DNA from: Myxococcota bacterium
GTDB lineage: Bacteria > Myxococcota_A > UBA796 > UBA2385
Assembly: GCA_044344255.1 (NCBI GenBank)
Contig: JBIJDH010000003.1
Location: 480,001-544,000 of the forward strand
DNA length: 64,000 nt
Direction: 5' to 3'
The notes under the pieces are model-generated. The model made no database searches. It saw nothing but the letters and a program-made list of their open reading frames with translations, and was not told where the DNA came from. This document shows, piece after piece, positions 47,118 through 57,712 of the stretch. The position numbers and the translations under genes are program-made. Within the stretch, counting starts at the first letter, position 1. Each line of letters begins with the position of its first letter.

Positions 47118-47227
47118 GGGTCGCGGGGCCGTGCGACGGCGGGTCAGCCCGGCGCCGTTGACTTCAGCGCCGGGGGCCCTACGACTCTCCACCACCCCGA
47201 TGCGTTCGCGCCGCCTACGGAGCGCCC

Positions 47228-48670
47228 ATGTCCCTTCCCCGCCCAGACGGTCCCCCGGGTGCTTGGTTCGAGGGGCTGGGCGTGAGCCCGGAGCTCCTCC
47301 GGCGAGTGATGGCCGCGGCCCTGGGCCAGGGGGCGGAGGACGCCGACCTCTACTTTCAGCACGCCGCCTCGACGAGCCTGAGCCTCGCCGATCACAAGGT
47401 CAGCCGGGTTGACACCCAGGTCGACCTGGGGATGGGGGTGCGGGTGCGGGTGGGTGATCAGGTCGGCTACGCCTACTCCGAGGATCTTCGCCCCGAGGCC
47501 CTGCTCGCCGCCGCGCGCACCGCCGCCGCCTCCGCGGCCCACAGCCGCAGCCCGAGGGTCGCCCAAGAGGCCCGAGCCGTGAAGATCGGTGACCACTACC
47601 CGGTCGAGAGACCCTTCTCTTCGGTCGAGGTCTCCGAACGAGTTGCGCTGCTTCGCGCCTGGGATGAGGCTGCCTTCGCCCGCGACCACCGGGTGGAGCG
47701 AGTCGAGGCCACCCTCGTCGATGGGGCGAGCGTGGTCATGATTGTGCGGCCGGACGGTCGCCTGGTCGAGGACTGGCGGCCTTCGACGGTGGCGATGTTG
47801 CGCTGCACCGCCTCTTCCGCGGGCCAGAGAGAGTCCGCGAACTTCAGCGTGTCGGCGCGTCGCGGGATGGAGTTCTACAGCGCCGAACGCCAAGAGCGCC
47901 TCGTCGCGGAGGCCGTGGAGCGCACCATCTTCCTGCTCGGCGCCACGAAGCCCCCCGCTGGGGAGATGCCGGTGGTGCTCGCAGCCGGGCCCTCCGCCAT
48001 CCTGCTGCACGAGGCCATCGGACACGGGTTGGAGGCTGACTTCAACCGAAAGCGCACGAGCATCTACGCCGACCGCATCGGGGAGCGCATCGCCGGCCCC
48101 GAGGTGACCATCGTCGATGACGGGACCCTCCCGGGTACCCGTGGCGCGCTCAACGTCGATGACGAGGGCAACGCCACGGAGCGAACCGTGCTCGTCGAGG
48201 GCGGCGTTCTCCGCTCCTACCTGCAGGATGAGCTCAGCGCCGCGCATGACGGGGTCGCCTCCACGGGCTCTGGGAGGCGGCAAGACTTCCGGCACGAGCC
48301 CCTGCCACGGATGCGCGCGACCCTGATGGTCGAGGGTCCCCACGCGCCCGAGGACATCATCCGCTCGGTCGATCGCGGCCTCTACTGCGTCTCCTTCTCC
48401 AACGGATCGGTGAACATCGGGGGAGGGGACTTCTCCTTCTATATGCGCCACGGCTACCTGATCGAGGGGGGGAAGCTCACGAGACCGGTCAAGGACGTCA
48501 ACATCATCGGCAACGGACCCCGGGCCCTCGAACGCATGGACATGGTGGGCAATGACCTCGTCGTCGACGAAGGGGGCTGGACCTGCGGCAAACAAGGGCA
48601 GAGCGTGCCGGTGAGCCAGGGCATGCCCACGGTGCGGGTGTCCAGCTTGACCGTCGGGGGTGTGAATTGA
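47228..48670 (+). CDS. tldD: TldD metalloprotease subunit
   Basis: LLHEAIGHGLEADFNRK, DDEG, PRMRAT, C-terminal CGKQGQSVPV. Confidence 0.95.
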   Translation: MSLPRPDGPPGAWFEGLGVSPELLRRVMAAALGQGAEDADLYFQHAASTSLSLADHKVSRVDTQVDLGMGVRVRVGDQVGYAYSEDLRPEALLAAARTAAASAAHSRSPRVAQEARAVKIGDHYPVERPFSSVEVSERVALLRAWDEAAFARDHRVERVEATLVDGASVVMIVRPDGRLVEDWRPSTVAMLRCTASSAGQRESANFSVSARRGMEFYSAERQERLVAEAVERTIFLLGATKPPAGEMPVVLAAGPSAILLHEAIGHGLEADFNRKRTSIYADRIGERIAGPEVTIVDDGTLPGTRGALNVDDEGNATERTVLVEGGVLRSYLQDELSAAHDGVASTGSGRRQDFRHEPLPRMRATLMVEGPHAPEDIIRSVDRGLYCVSFSNGSVNIGGGDFSFYMRHGYLIEGGKLTRPVKDVNIIGNGPRALERMDMVGNDLVVDEGGWTCGKQGQSVPVSQGMPTVRVSSLTVGGVN

Positions 48671-49992
48671 GCGCCACCGCCGATCTCCTCGAGCTCGGGG
48701 AGCGGATCGTGCGGTTGGGGCGCGACCTCGGGGCGGACGAGGTGGCGGCGCGGACCGGAACGGGGACCTGGACGGAGCTGGTTTGCCGGGACGGCGCGGT
48801 TGAGAAGGCGCACGAGTCGCGCTCGCTCTCCGCCACGATCTCGCTGTTGGTCGATGACCGCTACTCTTCCCATCATACGAGCGATCTTCGGCCGGAGGCC
48901 CTCCGGACCTTCCTCCGGCGCGCGGTCGAGGCCACGCGCTACCTCGAGCCCGATCCCGACCGACGGTTGCCAGAGCTCAGCAGCCAGGGTGTCTCAGGGG
49001 CGGCCCTTGACCTCCTCGACCCCCAACCTTTGGGGGAGGCCGAGACCCGACGGCGTGTGACGGCGCAGGTGGAGGCGGCGATCCGCGCGGCGGTGAGCGA
49101 CCTGCCGATCCGCTCGGTGAGCGCCTCGGCGTCATCGGGGAGATCGGCTGGGGCGATGGTCCACTCCCAAGGCTTCTCCGCAGCTTGGGAGGGCACCCGC
49201 AGCTCCTTCTATGGGGGGCTGAGCGTGGAGGACGTCGGGGGGCGGCTCCCCGATTCACATGCCTCTTTCTCGGCGGTGCACCAGTCCGATCTGCCGCCGA
49301 TATCGCGCGTGGGGGAAGAGGTGGGGGCGCGCATCCGCCGTCGGCTCGGCAGCGGCCCCGCTCCCAGCGGGCGTTACCCCCTGCTCCTCGAGGGTCGGGT
49401 GGCGTCCCGCCTGTTGAGCGTCCTCACCGGTCCGCTCGACGGCACGGCCCTGTTCGAGAAGCGGAGCTGCATGTCGGGGCGCCTCGGCCAGCGGGTCGCG
49501 TCGGCGGGCTTCAGCCTCTACGATGACCCGCTGCTCCCTCGCGCGATCGGCAGCCGAGCGTGCGACGGGGAGGGGCGCCCCTCCGCCCGCAGGGCCATCG
49601 TCGAGGACGGCGTGCTCCAGAGCTACCTCCTTGGGGTGTACAACGCACGGCGGCTCGGCCTCGCCCCCTCGGTCGCCTCGCTGTCCAACGTCGTGGTCCC
49701 GGCGGGCCGCCGCAGCCCCGCGGCCATCCTGGCCGAGCTTGGCCCCAGCGTGCGGGTGGACGGCTTCCTCGGTGGGAACACAAACCCCACCTCGGGGGAC
49801 TTCTCCTTCGGCATCACCGGCCTGCTCGTCGATCGGGGCGAGGAGACCCGGCGTCTCTCGGAGATGAACGTCTCCGGCAACGTCTTCGAGCTCTTCGATC
49901 GCTTCTTGGAGGCGGCTGAGGATACGTGGGTCTATGGCACCTGGCAGAGCCCCTCCCTCCTGTTTGACGATGTCCAGCTCTCGGGGACCTGA
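48667..49992 (+). CDS. tldE: TldE/PmbA subunit
   Basis: TTGA overlap with tldD; DDP..GSRACDGEG, NPTSGDFSFG; no HExxxH. Confidence 0.9.
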   Translation: MSATADLLELGERIVRLGRDLGADEVAARTGTGTWTELVCRDGAVEKAHESRSLSATISLLVDDRYSSHHTSDLRPEALRTFLRRAVEATRYLEPDPDRRLPELSSQGVSGAALDLLDPQPLGEAETRRRVTAQVEAAIRAAVSDLPIRSVSASASSGRSAGAMVHSQGFSAAWEGTRSSFYGGLSVEDVGGRLPDSHASFSAVHQSDLPPISRVGEEVGARIRRRLGSGPAPSGRYPLLLEGRVASRLLSVLTGPLDGTALFEKRSCMSGRLGQRVASAGFSLYDDPLLPRAIGSRACDGEGRPSARRAIVEDGVLQSYLLGVYNARRLGLAPSVASLSNVVVPAGRRSPAAILAELGPSVRVDGFLGGNTNPTSGDFSFGITGLLVDRGEETRRLSEMNVSGNVFELFDRFLEAAEDTWVYGTWQSPSLLFDDVQLSGT

Positions 49993-50008
49993 GCTGGCCC
50001 CGGCCGCC

Positions 50009-50947
50009 GTGGAGCCTCGCCGAGGCTCGCTGCGGTGGGCTTGGGTTGTGCTCTGCCTCGGCGGGGCGGCGCTCTGCCCGGGGGCCCTCGCCGCAGACGC
50101 CCCCAGGGCCACGGTGCCCGCGCCCGCCGCCGGCGCCGCAGGTGGGCCCGCCCCAGATGTGCCCGCCGCAGGTGGGCCCGCCGCAGGTGAGCCCGAGCTG
50201 GGCCCGGCCGGGGCGGCGGCCGACCAGGAGATCGTGGTCTTCGGTGAGCTGGAGCTGGCCAAGCAGCGAGCCCTGCTCGAGCGGGACCTCCGGGCCCTCG
50301 GCTATCGACCCGGCAAGCGAAAGGAGGGTGAGACGGTCTTTCGCCCCGAGGTCGCCTGGAAGCCGACGGTGGTGATCCACGACGAAGGCTTCGTCATCAT
50401 CAAGCGCACGCCGCCTCGCTTTGAGTCTTACGTAAAGAGCGAGTCGAAGCTACGTTATTTGGCTTGTGTGCCGCCCTTCACGCCGATGTGTGTGCGTATC
50501 GGCGGGATCATCGTCACGAAGCGCAAGCTCGCGCACCAGAAGTCCAAGGTGGCCGCCGCCATCGATCCCGACCTGCGGGACTGGCAAGGCGCCATCTCTG
50601 GCCTCGCGATGGACCGTCGGCTCGGGGTCGAGGTCCCCGACCAGCTCGACCGCCTGTGGTTGCAGGGGGTCCCCTTCGACGGTGACCAACCCACCCTCCC
50701 CACGCCGCTCGAGCGTCGGGCGGCGATGCTCACCTTCTGGGCTGAGCGTGCGTGTAATCCGGAGGGAGCGCAGGTCTCGGAGCTGGTCGCCCTGTACCTC
50801 GACGAGGTGGTGCAGAGCTCCACGGACCCGGTCACGCTCGCGGAGCAGGGGGCCGCCAATCAGCGAACGATCTGCCCGCGGAGCCTTCAATTGTCCGGTC
50901 TTGCGCCCGCGACACCGCCACCCCTCGGAGGCAGGCCCGCCCCTTGA
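50009..50947 (+). CDS. Hypothetical exported protein
   Basis: Signal peptide (WAWVVLCLGGAALCPGALA), Pro/Ala linker, QEIVVFG, globular region with Cys residues. Start GTG 50009 inferred. Confidence 0.7.
   Translation: MEPRRGSLRWAWVVLCLGGAALCPGALAADAPRATVPAPAAGAAGGPAPDVPAAGGPAAGEPELGPAGAAADQEIVVFGELELAKQRALLERDLRALGYRPGKRKEGETVFRPEVAWKPTVVIHDEGFVIIKRTPPRFESYVKSESKLRYLACVPPFTPMCVRIGGIIVTKRKLAHQKSKVAAAIDPDLRDWQGAISGLAMDRRLGVEVPDQLDRLWLQGVPFDGDQPTLPTPLERRAAMLTFWAERACNPEGAQVSELVALYLDEVVQSSTDPVTLAEQGAANQRTICPRSLQLSGLAPATPPPLGGRPAP
50135..50195 (+). repeat. Degenerate 15-nt coding repeat GCCGCAGGTGGGCCC (about 4 copies; AAGGP linker)
   Basis: gccgcaggtgggccc-gccccagatgtgccc-gccgcaggtgggccc-gccgcaggtgagccc. 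Confidence 0.75.
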
Positions 50948-50998
50948 CGAGTCCGGAGCCGCCGCTTAGGGCAGAAGGAACCAATCCGATCCCCAACC

Positions 50999-51028
50999 AG
51001 GAGCGGCCCTCGGGCCCTCCTTTTTTTT
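50999..51028 (+). terminator. Intrinsic terminator / rimP-leader-like attenuator
   Basis: GGAG(C)GGCC-CTCG-GGCC-CTCC stem followed by T8, about 50 nt upstream of rimP. Confidence 0.8.
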
Positions 51029-51077
51029 CGCCCGCGCGGCACCCTCACCGCGCTCCTCCGCTCGGAAACGCCCCTCG

Positions 51078-51602
51078 ATGGACTTCGCAGCTCGCCAAAT
51101 GCTCCGCCAGCGCATCCGCGCTATCGCTGAGCCCGTCGTGCTCCGGGCCGGCTGCGAGCTGGTCGCCGTCGAGCTGGGTGGCGGAAAGGGCGCGACGGTC
51201 CTTCGGTTGTACATCGACAAGCCGGAGGGCGTGGCCGCAGAGGACTGCACGCGCGTCAGCCGCAGCCTGTCCCCGGAGCTCGACGTCGAGGATCCCATCC
51301 CCGTGGCCTACACCCTCGAGGTGTCGAGCCCTGGCATGGAGCGCCCGCTGGAGAGGCCGGCCGATTTTGAACGGTTCAAGGGCTCCCGAGTTCGGGTGAA
51401 GATGCCAGGCGAGTTTGGTCGCCGGCAATTCACCGGTGTGCTCGGGGGTCTCGAAGAAGGCTCTCTCATCCTGGAGGTCGCCGGCGGGCGTCTCGAGCGG
51501 ATCCTGCTGGATCAGATCGAGCGTGTTCGTCTGGACCTCACCTTTGACGAGTTCATGCGGCTGGCGGAGAGACCGCTGGCCGAGCGAGGAGAACTGCCAT
51601 GA
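51078..51602 (+). CDS. rimP: Ribosome maturation factor RimP
   Basis: [32 protein letters not shown]; first gene of the nusA-infB operon. Confidence 0.96.
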   Translation: MDFAARQMLRQRIRAIAEPVVLRAGCELVAVELGGGKGATVLRLYIDKPEGVAAEDCTRVSRSLSPELDVEDPIPVAYTLEVSSPGMERPLERPADFERFKGSRVRVKMPGEFGRRQFTGVLGGLEEGSLILEVAGGRLERILLDQIERVRLDLTFDEFMRLAERPLAERGELP

Positions 51603-52906
51603 TCAGCGATCTCGCCCGCTTGATCGACACGGTCCACCGTGAGAAGAACATCCCGCGGGACTCCCTCATCGAGGTGCTCGAGCAGGCGATGGTCGCCGCT
51701 GCTCGCAAGCGCTACGGCCAAACCCGAGACATCGAGGCTCAATACAACGATGACCTCGGCGAGGTGGAGCTCTTCGAGTTCCGCACCGTGGTTGAGGAGT
51801 TTGGGGAGAACCCGGACACGGAGATCTCTGTCGAGGATGCCCGCACGGATGACTCCGGCTGTGAGGTCGGCGACTCGCTCGGCATCAAGATGCTGGTCGA
51901 GGATCTCGGGCGCATCGCGGCGCAGACCGCCAAGCAGGTCATCATCCAGAAGATCCGCGACGCCGAGCGGGAGATGACCTTCAACGAGTTCAAGGACCGG
52001 AAGGGCGAGCTCATCACCGGCATCGTCCGACGCTTTGAGAAGGGCAACATCGTGGTCGACCTCGGTCGAGCCGAGTCCGTCCTGCCCAAGCGCGAGCAGG
52101 TCCCGACCGAGACCTACCGTCAGGGCGACCGGATCCAGGCCTATGTCCTCGACATCACCCGGGCCTCGAAGTCGCCGCAGGTGGTGCTGAGCCGCACTCA
52201 CCCCGGCCTGCTGATGAAGCTCTTTGAGCTTGAGGTCCCTGAGATCTACGAGGGCATCGTGCGGATCGAGGCTTGCGCTCGCGAGCCGGGGCATCGCGCC
52301 AAGATCGCCGTCTCTTCGCAAGACCGTGATGTCGATCCCGTGGGCGCCTGCGTCGGGCTCAAGGGCTCTCGCGTCCAGGCCGTCGTGCAGGAGCTCCGTG
52401 GAGAGGCGATCGACATCATCCCCTTCCACGGCGATCCGGCGCGCTTCATCGTGCACGCCATCGCGCCGGCACAGGTGAGCAAGGTCTACATCGACGAGCA
52501 CACCCACTCGATGGAGCTCATCGTCCCGGACGACCAGCTCTCGAAGGCCATCGGTCGCCGCGGTCAGAACGTGCGCCTCGCCGCCCAGCTCACCGGCTGG
52601 CGGATCGACATCTTCTCCGAGACCCGCCACGCCGAGATGGTCGCCCAGGCCCGCGACGAGCTGAGCCGCGTCCCTCGCCTGGACCACGATCAGGTCGAGA
52701 CGCTCATCCGCCACGGCTTCCGCAGCGCCCAGGAGCTGTACGACGCCGAAGCCTACGAGGTCGCGGGAATCCTCGGCCTTGAGGATGAAGACGCTGAGGC
52801 CATCATCGCGGAGGCCGAGCGGGTGCTCGACGCGCTCATCATGGACGAAGCCGACCGGCGTAAGGCCCGTCAGTCGGGGGATGAAGATCTCCCGGCGGAG
52901 GCCTGA
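51599..52906 (+). CDS. nusA: Transcription elongation factor NusA
   Basis: [22 protein letters not shown]1 and KH domains, [24 protein letters not shown] overlap with rimP. Confidence 0.98.
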   Translation: MISDLARLIDTVHREKNIPRDSLIEVLEQAMVAAARKRYGQTRDIEAQYNDDLGEVELFEFRTVVEEFGENPDTEISVEDARTDDSGCEVGDSLGIKMLVEDLGRIAAQTAKQVIIQKIRDAEREMTFNEFKDRKGELITGIVRRFEKGNIVVDLGRAESVLPKREQVPTETYRQGDRIQAYVLDITRASKSPQVVLSRTHPGLLMKLFELEVPEIYEGIVRIEACAREPGHRAKIAVSSQDRDVDPVGACVGLKGSRVQAVVQELRGEAIDIIPFHGDPARFIVHAIAPAQVSKVYIDEHTHSMELIVPDDQLSKAIGRRGQNVRLAAQLTGWRIDIFSETRHAEMVAQARDELSRVPRLDHDQVETLIRHGFRSAQELYDAEAYEVAGILGLEDEDAEAIIAEAERVLDALIMDEADRRKARQSGDEDLPAEA

Positions 52907-52912
52907 ACCGCG

Positions 52913-53524
52913 ATGGGGCAGCCGCGCCCGCGGCGGTCGGGCGCGGGGCCACGGCCGGAGCGCCCAGATGGGCAGGGCGTGCGGACCTGTGTGGTCTGTC
53001 GAGATCGCTCATCCTCCCGCCTCATGGTGCGGTTCGTGCTGGCCGAGGCGGGGAGGGCCACGCTGGATGGTTCACCCCACCATCCCGGTCGGGGGGCTTG
53101 GTGCTGCCTGCGTGGCGCCTGCCTGAGGGCGATCAAGCCAGGGAACATCTCCCGGGGCGTCAAGGCGGAGGTTCGCCGCTTGGACGATCCGCTGCCTGCC
53201 CTTCGAATGAAGGTGGTGCTGCGTGTTCGGCAGGCCCTCTTGAGGGCTTGGCGGAGCGGCCTGCTGGTAGACGTCTTGCGTCTTGGCGCCGCCGGCCCGC
53301 CGCCAGTGGCGGTCTGCGGGCTCCAGGGCGACGATCCGCCCTCGGAGGCCCACCCCGCGTGTGTGGGGCTCCCGATCCACATGCTCCCCCTCTCTCGAGG
53401 CGAGCTTCAGGCGCTATTTGGGCTCCACCCCTCCGGAGGGTTCTCCGGAGGGGTGGTGATCCGAGCTGGTCGTCCGAGCCGCGCCCTGCGAGACGAGTTG
53501 CGGTGTCTGCACGATCTGGGTTAG
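52913..53524 (+). CDS. ylxR: YlxR/RnpM (DUF448) protein with a C-terminal extension
   Basis: RTCVVCR...MVRFV...GRGAWCC...C; located between nusA and infB. Confidence 0.75.
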   Translation: MGQPRPRRSGAGPRPERPDGQGVRTCVVCRDRSSSRLMVRFVLAEAGRATLDGSPHHPGRGAWCCLRGACLRAIKPGNISRGVKAEVRRLDDPLPALRMKVVLRVRQALLRAWRSGLLVDVLRLGAAGPPPVAVCGLQGDDPPSEAHPACVGLPIHMLPLSRGELQALFGLHPSGGFSGGVVIRAGRPSRALRDELRCLHDLG

Positions 53525-53596
53525 TACCCGTGCCGCTGCCGCTGGTACCTCTCGATCCTCGAACCGAGGCCCCCGAGTGGGGCCAGCGCCATCCTC

Positions 53597-53685
53597 CCCG
53601 CAAGCACGTGCTGGCTCGTGGGATTCACGACAGGAAAGCCTGTCGGCTTCTCCTCTCACGAGACAGTTCACGGAGTGCTTGCGGG
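53597..53685 (+). other. Long irregular RNA hairpin in the infB 5' leader
   Basis: Nested helices CCCGCAAGCAC/GTGCTTGCGGG (11 bp), GTG/CAC, CTG/CAG, CTCGTGGGA/TCTCACGAG (9 bp), CGACAGG/CCTGTCG (7 bp) with an AAAG loop. Confidence 0.75.
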
Positions 53686-53701
53686 CATTCGAAGGGCCCT
53701 G

Positions 53702-56700
53702 ATGTCCACTAAGGATCTGATTGAGCGTCTCTCCCGAACCTCCTCGAGCCGGCCGACAAGGCCCGCTGGGGAGCCTGTGGGTACGGACCGCGGTGAAACC
53801 CAGACACGCGTCAACAACGCGGTCATCCGCCGCCGAAAGGCCGAGCCGGAGCCCGCTCCGCCTCCGCCCCCGCCGGTAGACGTTCGTCGGAAGGTCGTGG
53901 TCCGGAAGCGGATCAATGAGCCCGAAGAGGCGGTGAGCGCGGCTCCCGCCGGCCCGCCGGCGCGCCTCGGCTCGCCGGTGTCGCTGCGGTCTCCCGATCC
54001 GTCTCGGCCCGTGGCCCCACGGGGCGCCGTCGGCCCTGTCACGGAGTCGCCACCTGTGGTGGAGGCTGCGTCGGCAGGTGAGCAGGCCCCGGAGCCGGTC
54101 GGCGAGCCCGTGGTGCAGTCCGCACCGGCTGTGGTGGCCGCGGCGGTCGAAGAGGCTTCGGCTTCTGTCTCGGCCCCGGTCGAAGTGTCGGCGACGGTCG
54201 TTGAGGCTGCCCCTGCGGTCGAGGCCGCGCCGGAGCGTCTAGCGGTCGAGCCGGAGCGTCCAGCAGCCGCGCCCGTGGCGGTCGAGGCGTCGGCATCTCC
54301 GGTGGTCGAGTCCGTTGCCGCGCCGGTGGTGGACGTCGAGCCTGAGCGACCTGTGGTGCAGGCGGCCCCCGCCGCCAAGGTCTCCGAGTCGGTCCGTCCG
54401 GCCGCCCCCGCCCAAGGGGCCCCCCGTAACGATGGGCGTGTCCCCACTTCGCGCCCTGGTGACGGTCGTGCGGAGCCCGGTCGCCCTGCCGCCGGCGCCG
54501 CTCCGGCTCGTCCGGGTGCTGCTCCCGTCGGCGCCCGTCCACCCCGTCCGGGTGATATTCGCGACCCGCGGCCCGCCGAGTCCGCCGTGGGTCCCTCCGG
54601 CCCCCGCGCCGAGGCGCCTCGACCAAACCTCCCCCGCCTCGCGGCGCGCGGCGAAGGGTCGAACTTCCCCGGCCTCGGCTCCGCGGTCGTACGCCCTCCG
54701 CCTGGCTACGATCCGAACGATCCGTCGGGCAACCGGCGCCGTGCCCAGGCTGCCGCAGAGCAGGCCAAGACGTCCCAGCCTTCCGGCCAGCAGGCTCGCC
54801 CCGGCGGTGCCAACTTCCGTGATGAGCGCCGCCCTGGCGGTCCTCCGGGCCCGGGTGCCGGGCAGGTCGGTCCCGGTCCCGCCGGTCCGGGTGCTACGGT
54901 CATCGGTGGAGGCCCCCCCAAGGAGGGCGATCGCCGGGACAAGCCCGCAGCCCGGAAGGGCGCCAAGCCCGACGGCCGCCGAGGACGCATCGAGATGGAC
55001 GCCGAGGACCTCGGGGGACCGTCGCGCCGTCGCCGGCCGAAGGCCAAGGTTGCCGTCCGGAGCACGAGCCCGCAGGCCAAGCAGATCAAGCGCCGCGTCG
55101 AGGTCGACGAGACGATCACGGTCGCTCAGCTCGCGCACGGAATGTCGGTCAAGTCGACCCAGGTGATCAAGGCCCTGCTCAGCATGGGCCAAATGGTCAC
55201 CGTCAACGACTCTCTCGACTTCGACACCGCCCAGCTGGTGGCGCAGGAGTTCGAGTTCGAGGTGGTGAACTCTTCCTTCCAGGAAGATGAGCACCTCATC
55301 GACGTCGAGGACGAGGACACCGACCTCGAGCCGCGCCCCCCCGTGGTCACCATCATGGGCCACGTGGACCACGGCAAGACGACCCTCCTCGACGTCATCC
55401 GCGACGCCAACGTGGCCGGCGGGGAGGCGGGCGGCATCACCCAGCATGTCGGCGCCTACCAGGTGGAGCGTAATGGGCAGCTGATCACCTTCATCGACAC
55501 GCCGGGGCACGAGGCCTTCACGGCGATGCGCGCCCGCGGCGCTCAGGTCACCGACATCGTGGTGTTGGTGGTGGCCGCCGATGACGGCGTGATGCCGCAG
55601 ACGATCGAGTCAATCAACCACGCCAAGGCGGCGGGGGTCGACATTGTCGTCGCGATCAACAAGTGCGACAAGGCGGACTCCCGCCCCGAGCGCGTCACGC
55701 AGCAGCTGATGGAGCACGGGCTCGTCCCCGAGGCTTACGGCGGTGAGACGATGTTCGTGCAGGTGTCCGCGCTCAAGAAGCGGGGCATCGACGATCTCCT
55801 CGACGCGCTGCTCCTGGTCGCCGAGCTCGGCGACTACCGGGCCAACCCGAAGCGGCACGGCGAGGGCTCTGTCCTCGAAGCGCGGCTGGAGCGCGGCAAG
55901 GGCCCCGTGGCCACGATCATCGTGCAGCACGGTACGGTCGAGCAGGGGCAGTGTGTGGTGATCGGCAACACCTGGGGCCGCATCCGGGCGCTGAACGACA
56001 CCAAGGGCAAGCGCATCAAGGTGGCTGGCCCCTCTACGCCGGTCGAGATCATGGGCATCGAAGATGTCCCGCAGGCCGGTGACAACTTCGTGATCGTGGC
56101 CTCGGAGAAGGACGCAAAGGCCCTCGCCGAGCACCGCGCCGAAGCCACACGACAGTCGGGCCTCAACGTCACCACCCGCGTGACGCTCGAAGACTTGATG
56201 GCCCGCGGGCAAGGCGAGGCGGCGAAGCTCAGCCTCAACCTCATCGTCAAGGCCGACGTGGGTGGCAGCCTCGAGGCCATCCGGCACGCCTTCTCGAAGA
56301 TCTCGGTCGAGGGCACCGAGCTCAAGATCCTGCACTCCGCGGTCGGCGCGGTGACGGAGAGCGACGTGATGCTCGCGCACACCAACGGTGGCGTGATCAT
56401 CGGCTTCAACGTCAGGCCGGATCCCAAGGCTCGTGAGGCCGCCGACTCCTACGGGGTCGAGGTCCGCACCTACAAGATCGTCTACGAGGCCATCGACGAC
56501 GTGCAGAAGGGCCTCCGCGGCCTCCTGGGTCCCACGATCACCGAGAAGGTGCAGGGCTCCATCGAGATTCGCCAGCTCTTCAACATCCCGAAGATCGGCA
56601 CCATCGCTGGTTGTTTTGTCATCGAGGGGAAGGTGGCGCGAAATCACGGCGTCCGCCTGCTCCGCGACAGCAAGATCGTCTGGGAAGGTCGCCTCGGCTC

Positions 56701-56836
56701 CCTCAAGCGCTTCAAGGACGACGTCCGCGAAGTGGAGAAGGGCTACGAGTGCGGTCTCAGCCTGGACGGCTTCAACGACATCAAGGTGGGTGACATCGTC
56801 GAGGCCTATACCAAGGAGTCGGTCAAGGCCTTCTGA
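53702..56836 (+). CDS. infB: Translation initiation factor IF-2 with a long Pro/Ala-rich N-terminus
   Basis: [57 protein letters not shown]. Start ATG 53702. Confidence 0.98.
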   Translation: MSTKDLIERLSRTSSSRPTRPAGEPVGTDRGETQTRVNNAVIRRRKAEPEPAPPPPPPVDVRRKVVVRKRINEPEEAVSAAPAGPPARLGSPVSLRSPDPSRPVAPRGAVGPVTESPPVVEAASAGEQAPEPVGEPVVQSAPAVVAAAVEEASASVSAPVEVSATVVEAAPAVEAAPERLAVEPERPAAAPVAVEASASPVVESVAAPVVDVEPERPVVQAAPAAKVSESVRPAAPAQGAPRNDGRVPTSRPGDGRAEPGRPAAGAAPARPGAAPVGARPPRPGDIRDPRPAESAVGPSGPRAEAPRPNLPRLAARGEGSNFPGLGSAVVRPPPGYDPNDPSGNRRRAQAAAEQAKTSQPSGQQARPGGANFRDERRPGGPPGPGAGQVGPGPAGPGATVIGGGPPKEGDRRDKPAARKGAKPDGRRGRIEMDAEDLGGPSRRRRPKAKVAVRSTSPQAKQIKRRVEVDETITVAQLAHGMSVKSTQVIKALLSMGQMVTVNDSLDFDTAQLVAQEFEFEVVNSSFQEDEHLIDVEDEDTDLEPRPPVVTIMGHVDHGKTTLLDVIRDANVAGGEAGGITQHVGAYQVERNGQLITFIDTPGHEAFTAMRARGAQVTDIVVLVVAADDGVMPQTIESINHAKAAGVDIVVAINKCDKADSRPERVTQQLMEHGLVPEAYGGETMFVQVSALKKRGIDDLLDALLLVAELGDYRANPKRHGEGSVLEARLERGKGPVATIIVQHGTVEQGQCVVIGNTWGRIRALNDTKGKRIKVAGPSTPVEIMGIEDVPQAGDNFVIVASEKDAKALAEHRAEATRQSGLNVTTRVTLEDLMARGQGEAAKLSLNLIVKADVGGSLEAIRHAFSKISVEGTELKILHSAVGAVTESDVMLAHTNGGVIIGFNVRPDPKAREAADSYGVEVRTYKIVYEAIDDVQKGLRGLLGPTITEKVQGSIEIRQLFNIPKIGTIAGCFVIEGKVARNHGVRLLRDSKIVWEGRLGSLKRFKDDVREVEKGYECGLSLDGFNDIKVGDIVEAYTKESVKAF

Positions 56837-57192
56837 TGTTCCTCCCGGCGCCCGATGAGTCGATCTGGCTCGGCGTCCTGCGCATCAGCTTCCTGGTGCC
56901 GGGGTCGCGGAGCCTCAAAGACAAGCGGCGGGTGGTGGCTCAGGTGCGAGACCGCATTCGAGCCCGGCACCAGCTGATGGCGGCGGAGGTCGGTCACCTC
57001 GATGATCACCAGTGGGCTGTGATGTCGGTGGCCTCCACCTCAAACGACGCGCGCACGCTCCGCGCGGCGCTTGAGGGCATCGCCCGCGACATCGAGGCTT
57101 GGGGTGAGGCCCGCGTCCAGACCGTGGACGTGGAGGTCTTTCGCCCCTTCTCGACGGGAGGCCCACATGTCGGCCCGCTACGGGGCGAATGA
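56836..57192 (+). CDS. ylxP: DUF503 / YlxP protein
   Basis: LGVLRISFLVPGSRSLKDKRRVV, AAEVGHLDDHQ; TGATG coupling to infB. Confidence 0.88.
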   Translation: MFLPAPDESIWLGVLRISFLVPGSRSLKDKRRVVAQVRDRIRARHQLMAAEVGHLDDHQWAVMSVASTSNDARTLRAALEGIARDIEAWGEARVQTVDVEVFRPFSTGGPHVGPLRGE

Positions 57193-57712
57193 GGTCTGTG
57201 GGTGTGGCTCGGGCCTGAAGTACAAGCGGTGCTGCCAGCCCGCTCACCTCGGGCGGCCGGCCTCGGAGCCGGTCGCGCTCATGCGGTCCCGGTACTGCGC
57301 CTATCGCTTCGGTCTGGTCGACTATCTGATCGACACGACAGACCCGAGGGGACCAGCGGTGCGTGGCGACCGATCGGCCTGGCGAGCGGAGATCGGGGAG
57401 TTCGTGCGGACGACCGCGCTGCTCGGCCTGACGGTTGAGGCCTCTGGATGCGGTGAGGAGGATGGCTGGGTGCGGTTCGCGGTGCGCATCCGCCAAGGTG
57501 ACGGAGAGGCCACCTACGCTGAAGAGAGTCAGTTTCGCCGGATCGATGGGCGCTGGCTCTACCACAGCGGCGCGCTGACCGAACGACGCGGCGACGGCTC
57601 AGTCGGGACAGGAGATGTCCCCGAGCGGGTCGGCCAGGACCCGTTGGGCCAGCGGCGGCAGGGCGAAGGCGCCACAGGGCCCGCCCGAGGCGGACGAGAG
57701 CGCCCGGGCTGA
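57167..57712 (+). CDS. ychJ: YchJ-family SEC-C metal-binding protein
   Basis: GGGAGG RBS, ATG 57167, CGCGSGLKYKRCC, ALMRSRYCAY, EESQFRRIDGRWLY. Confidence 0.85.
   Translation: MSARYGANEVCGCGSGLKYKRCCQPAHLGRPASEPVALMRSRYCAYRFGLVDYLIDTTDPRGPAVRGDRSAWRAEIGEFVRTTALLGLTVEASGCGEEDGWVRFAVRIRQGDGEATYAEESQFRRIDGRWLYHSGALTERRGDGSVGTGDVPERVGQDPLGQRRQGEGATGPARGGRERPG

Noticed and set aside
53597..53685. SRP RNA, 6S RNA or c-di-GMP riboswitch identity for the infB hairpin
   Set aside because: No SRP helix-8 motif, too short and lacking the central bubble of 6S, no GEMM consensus; kept as an unassigned structure.
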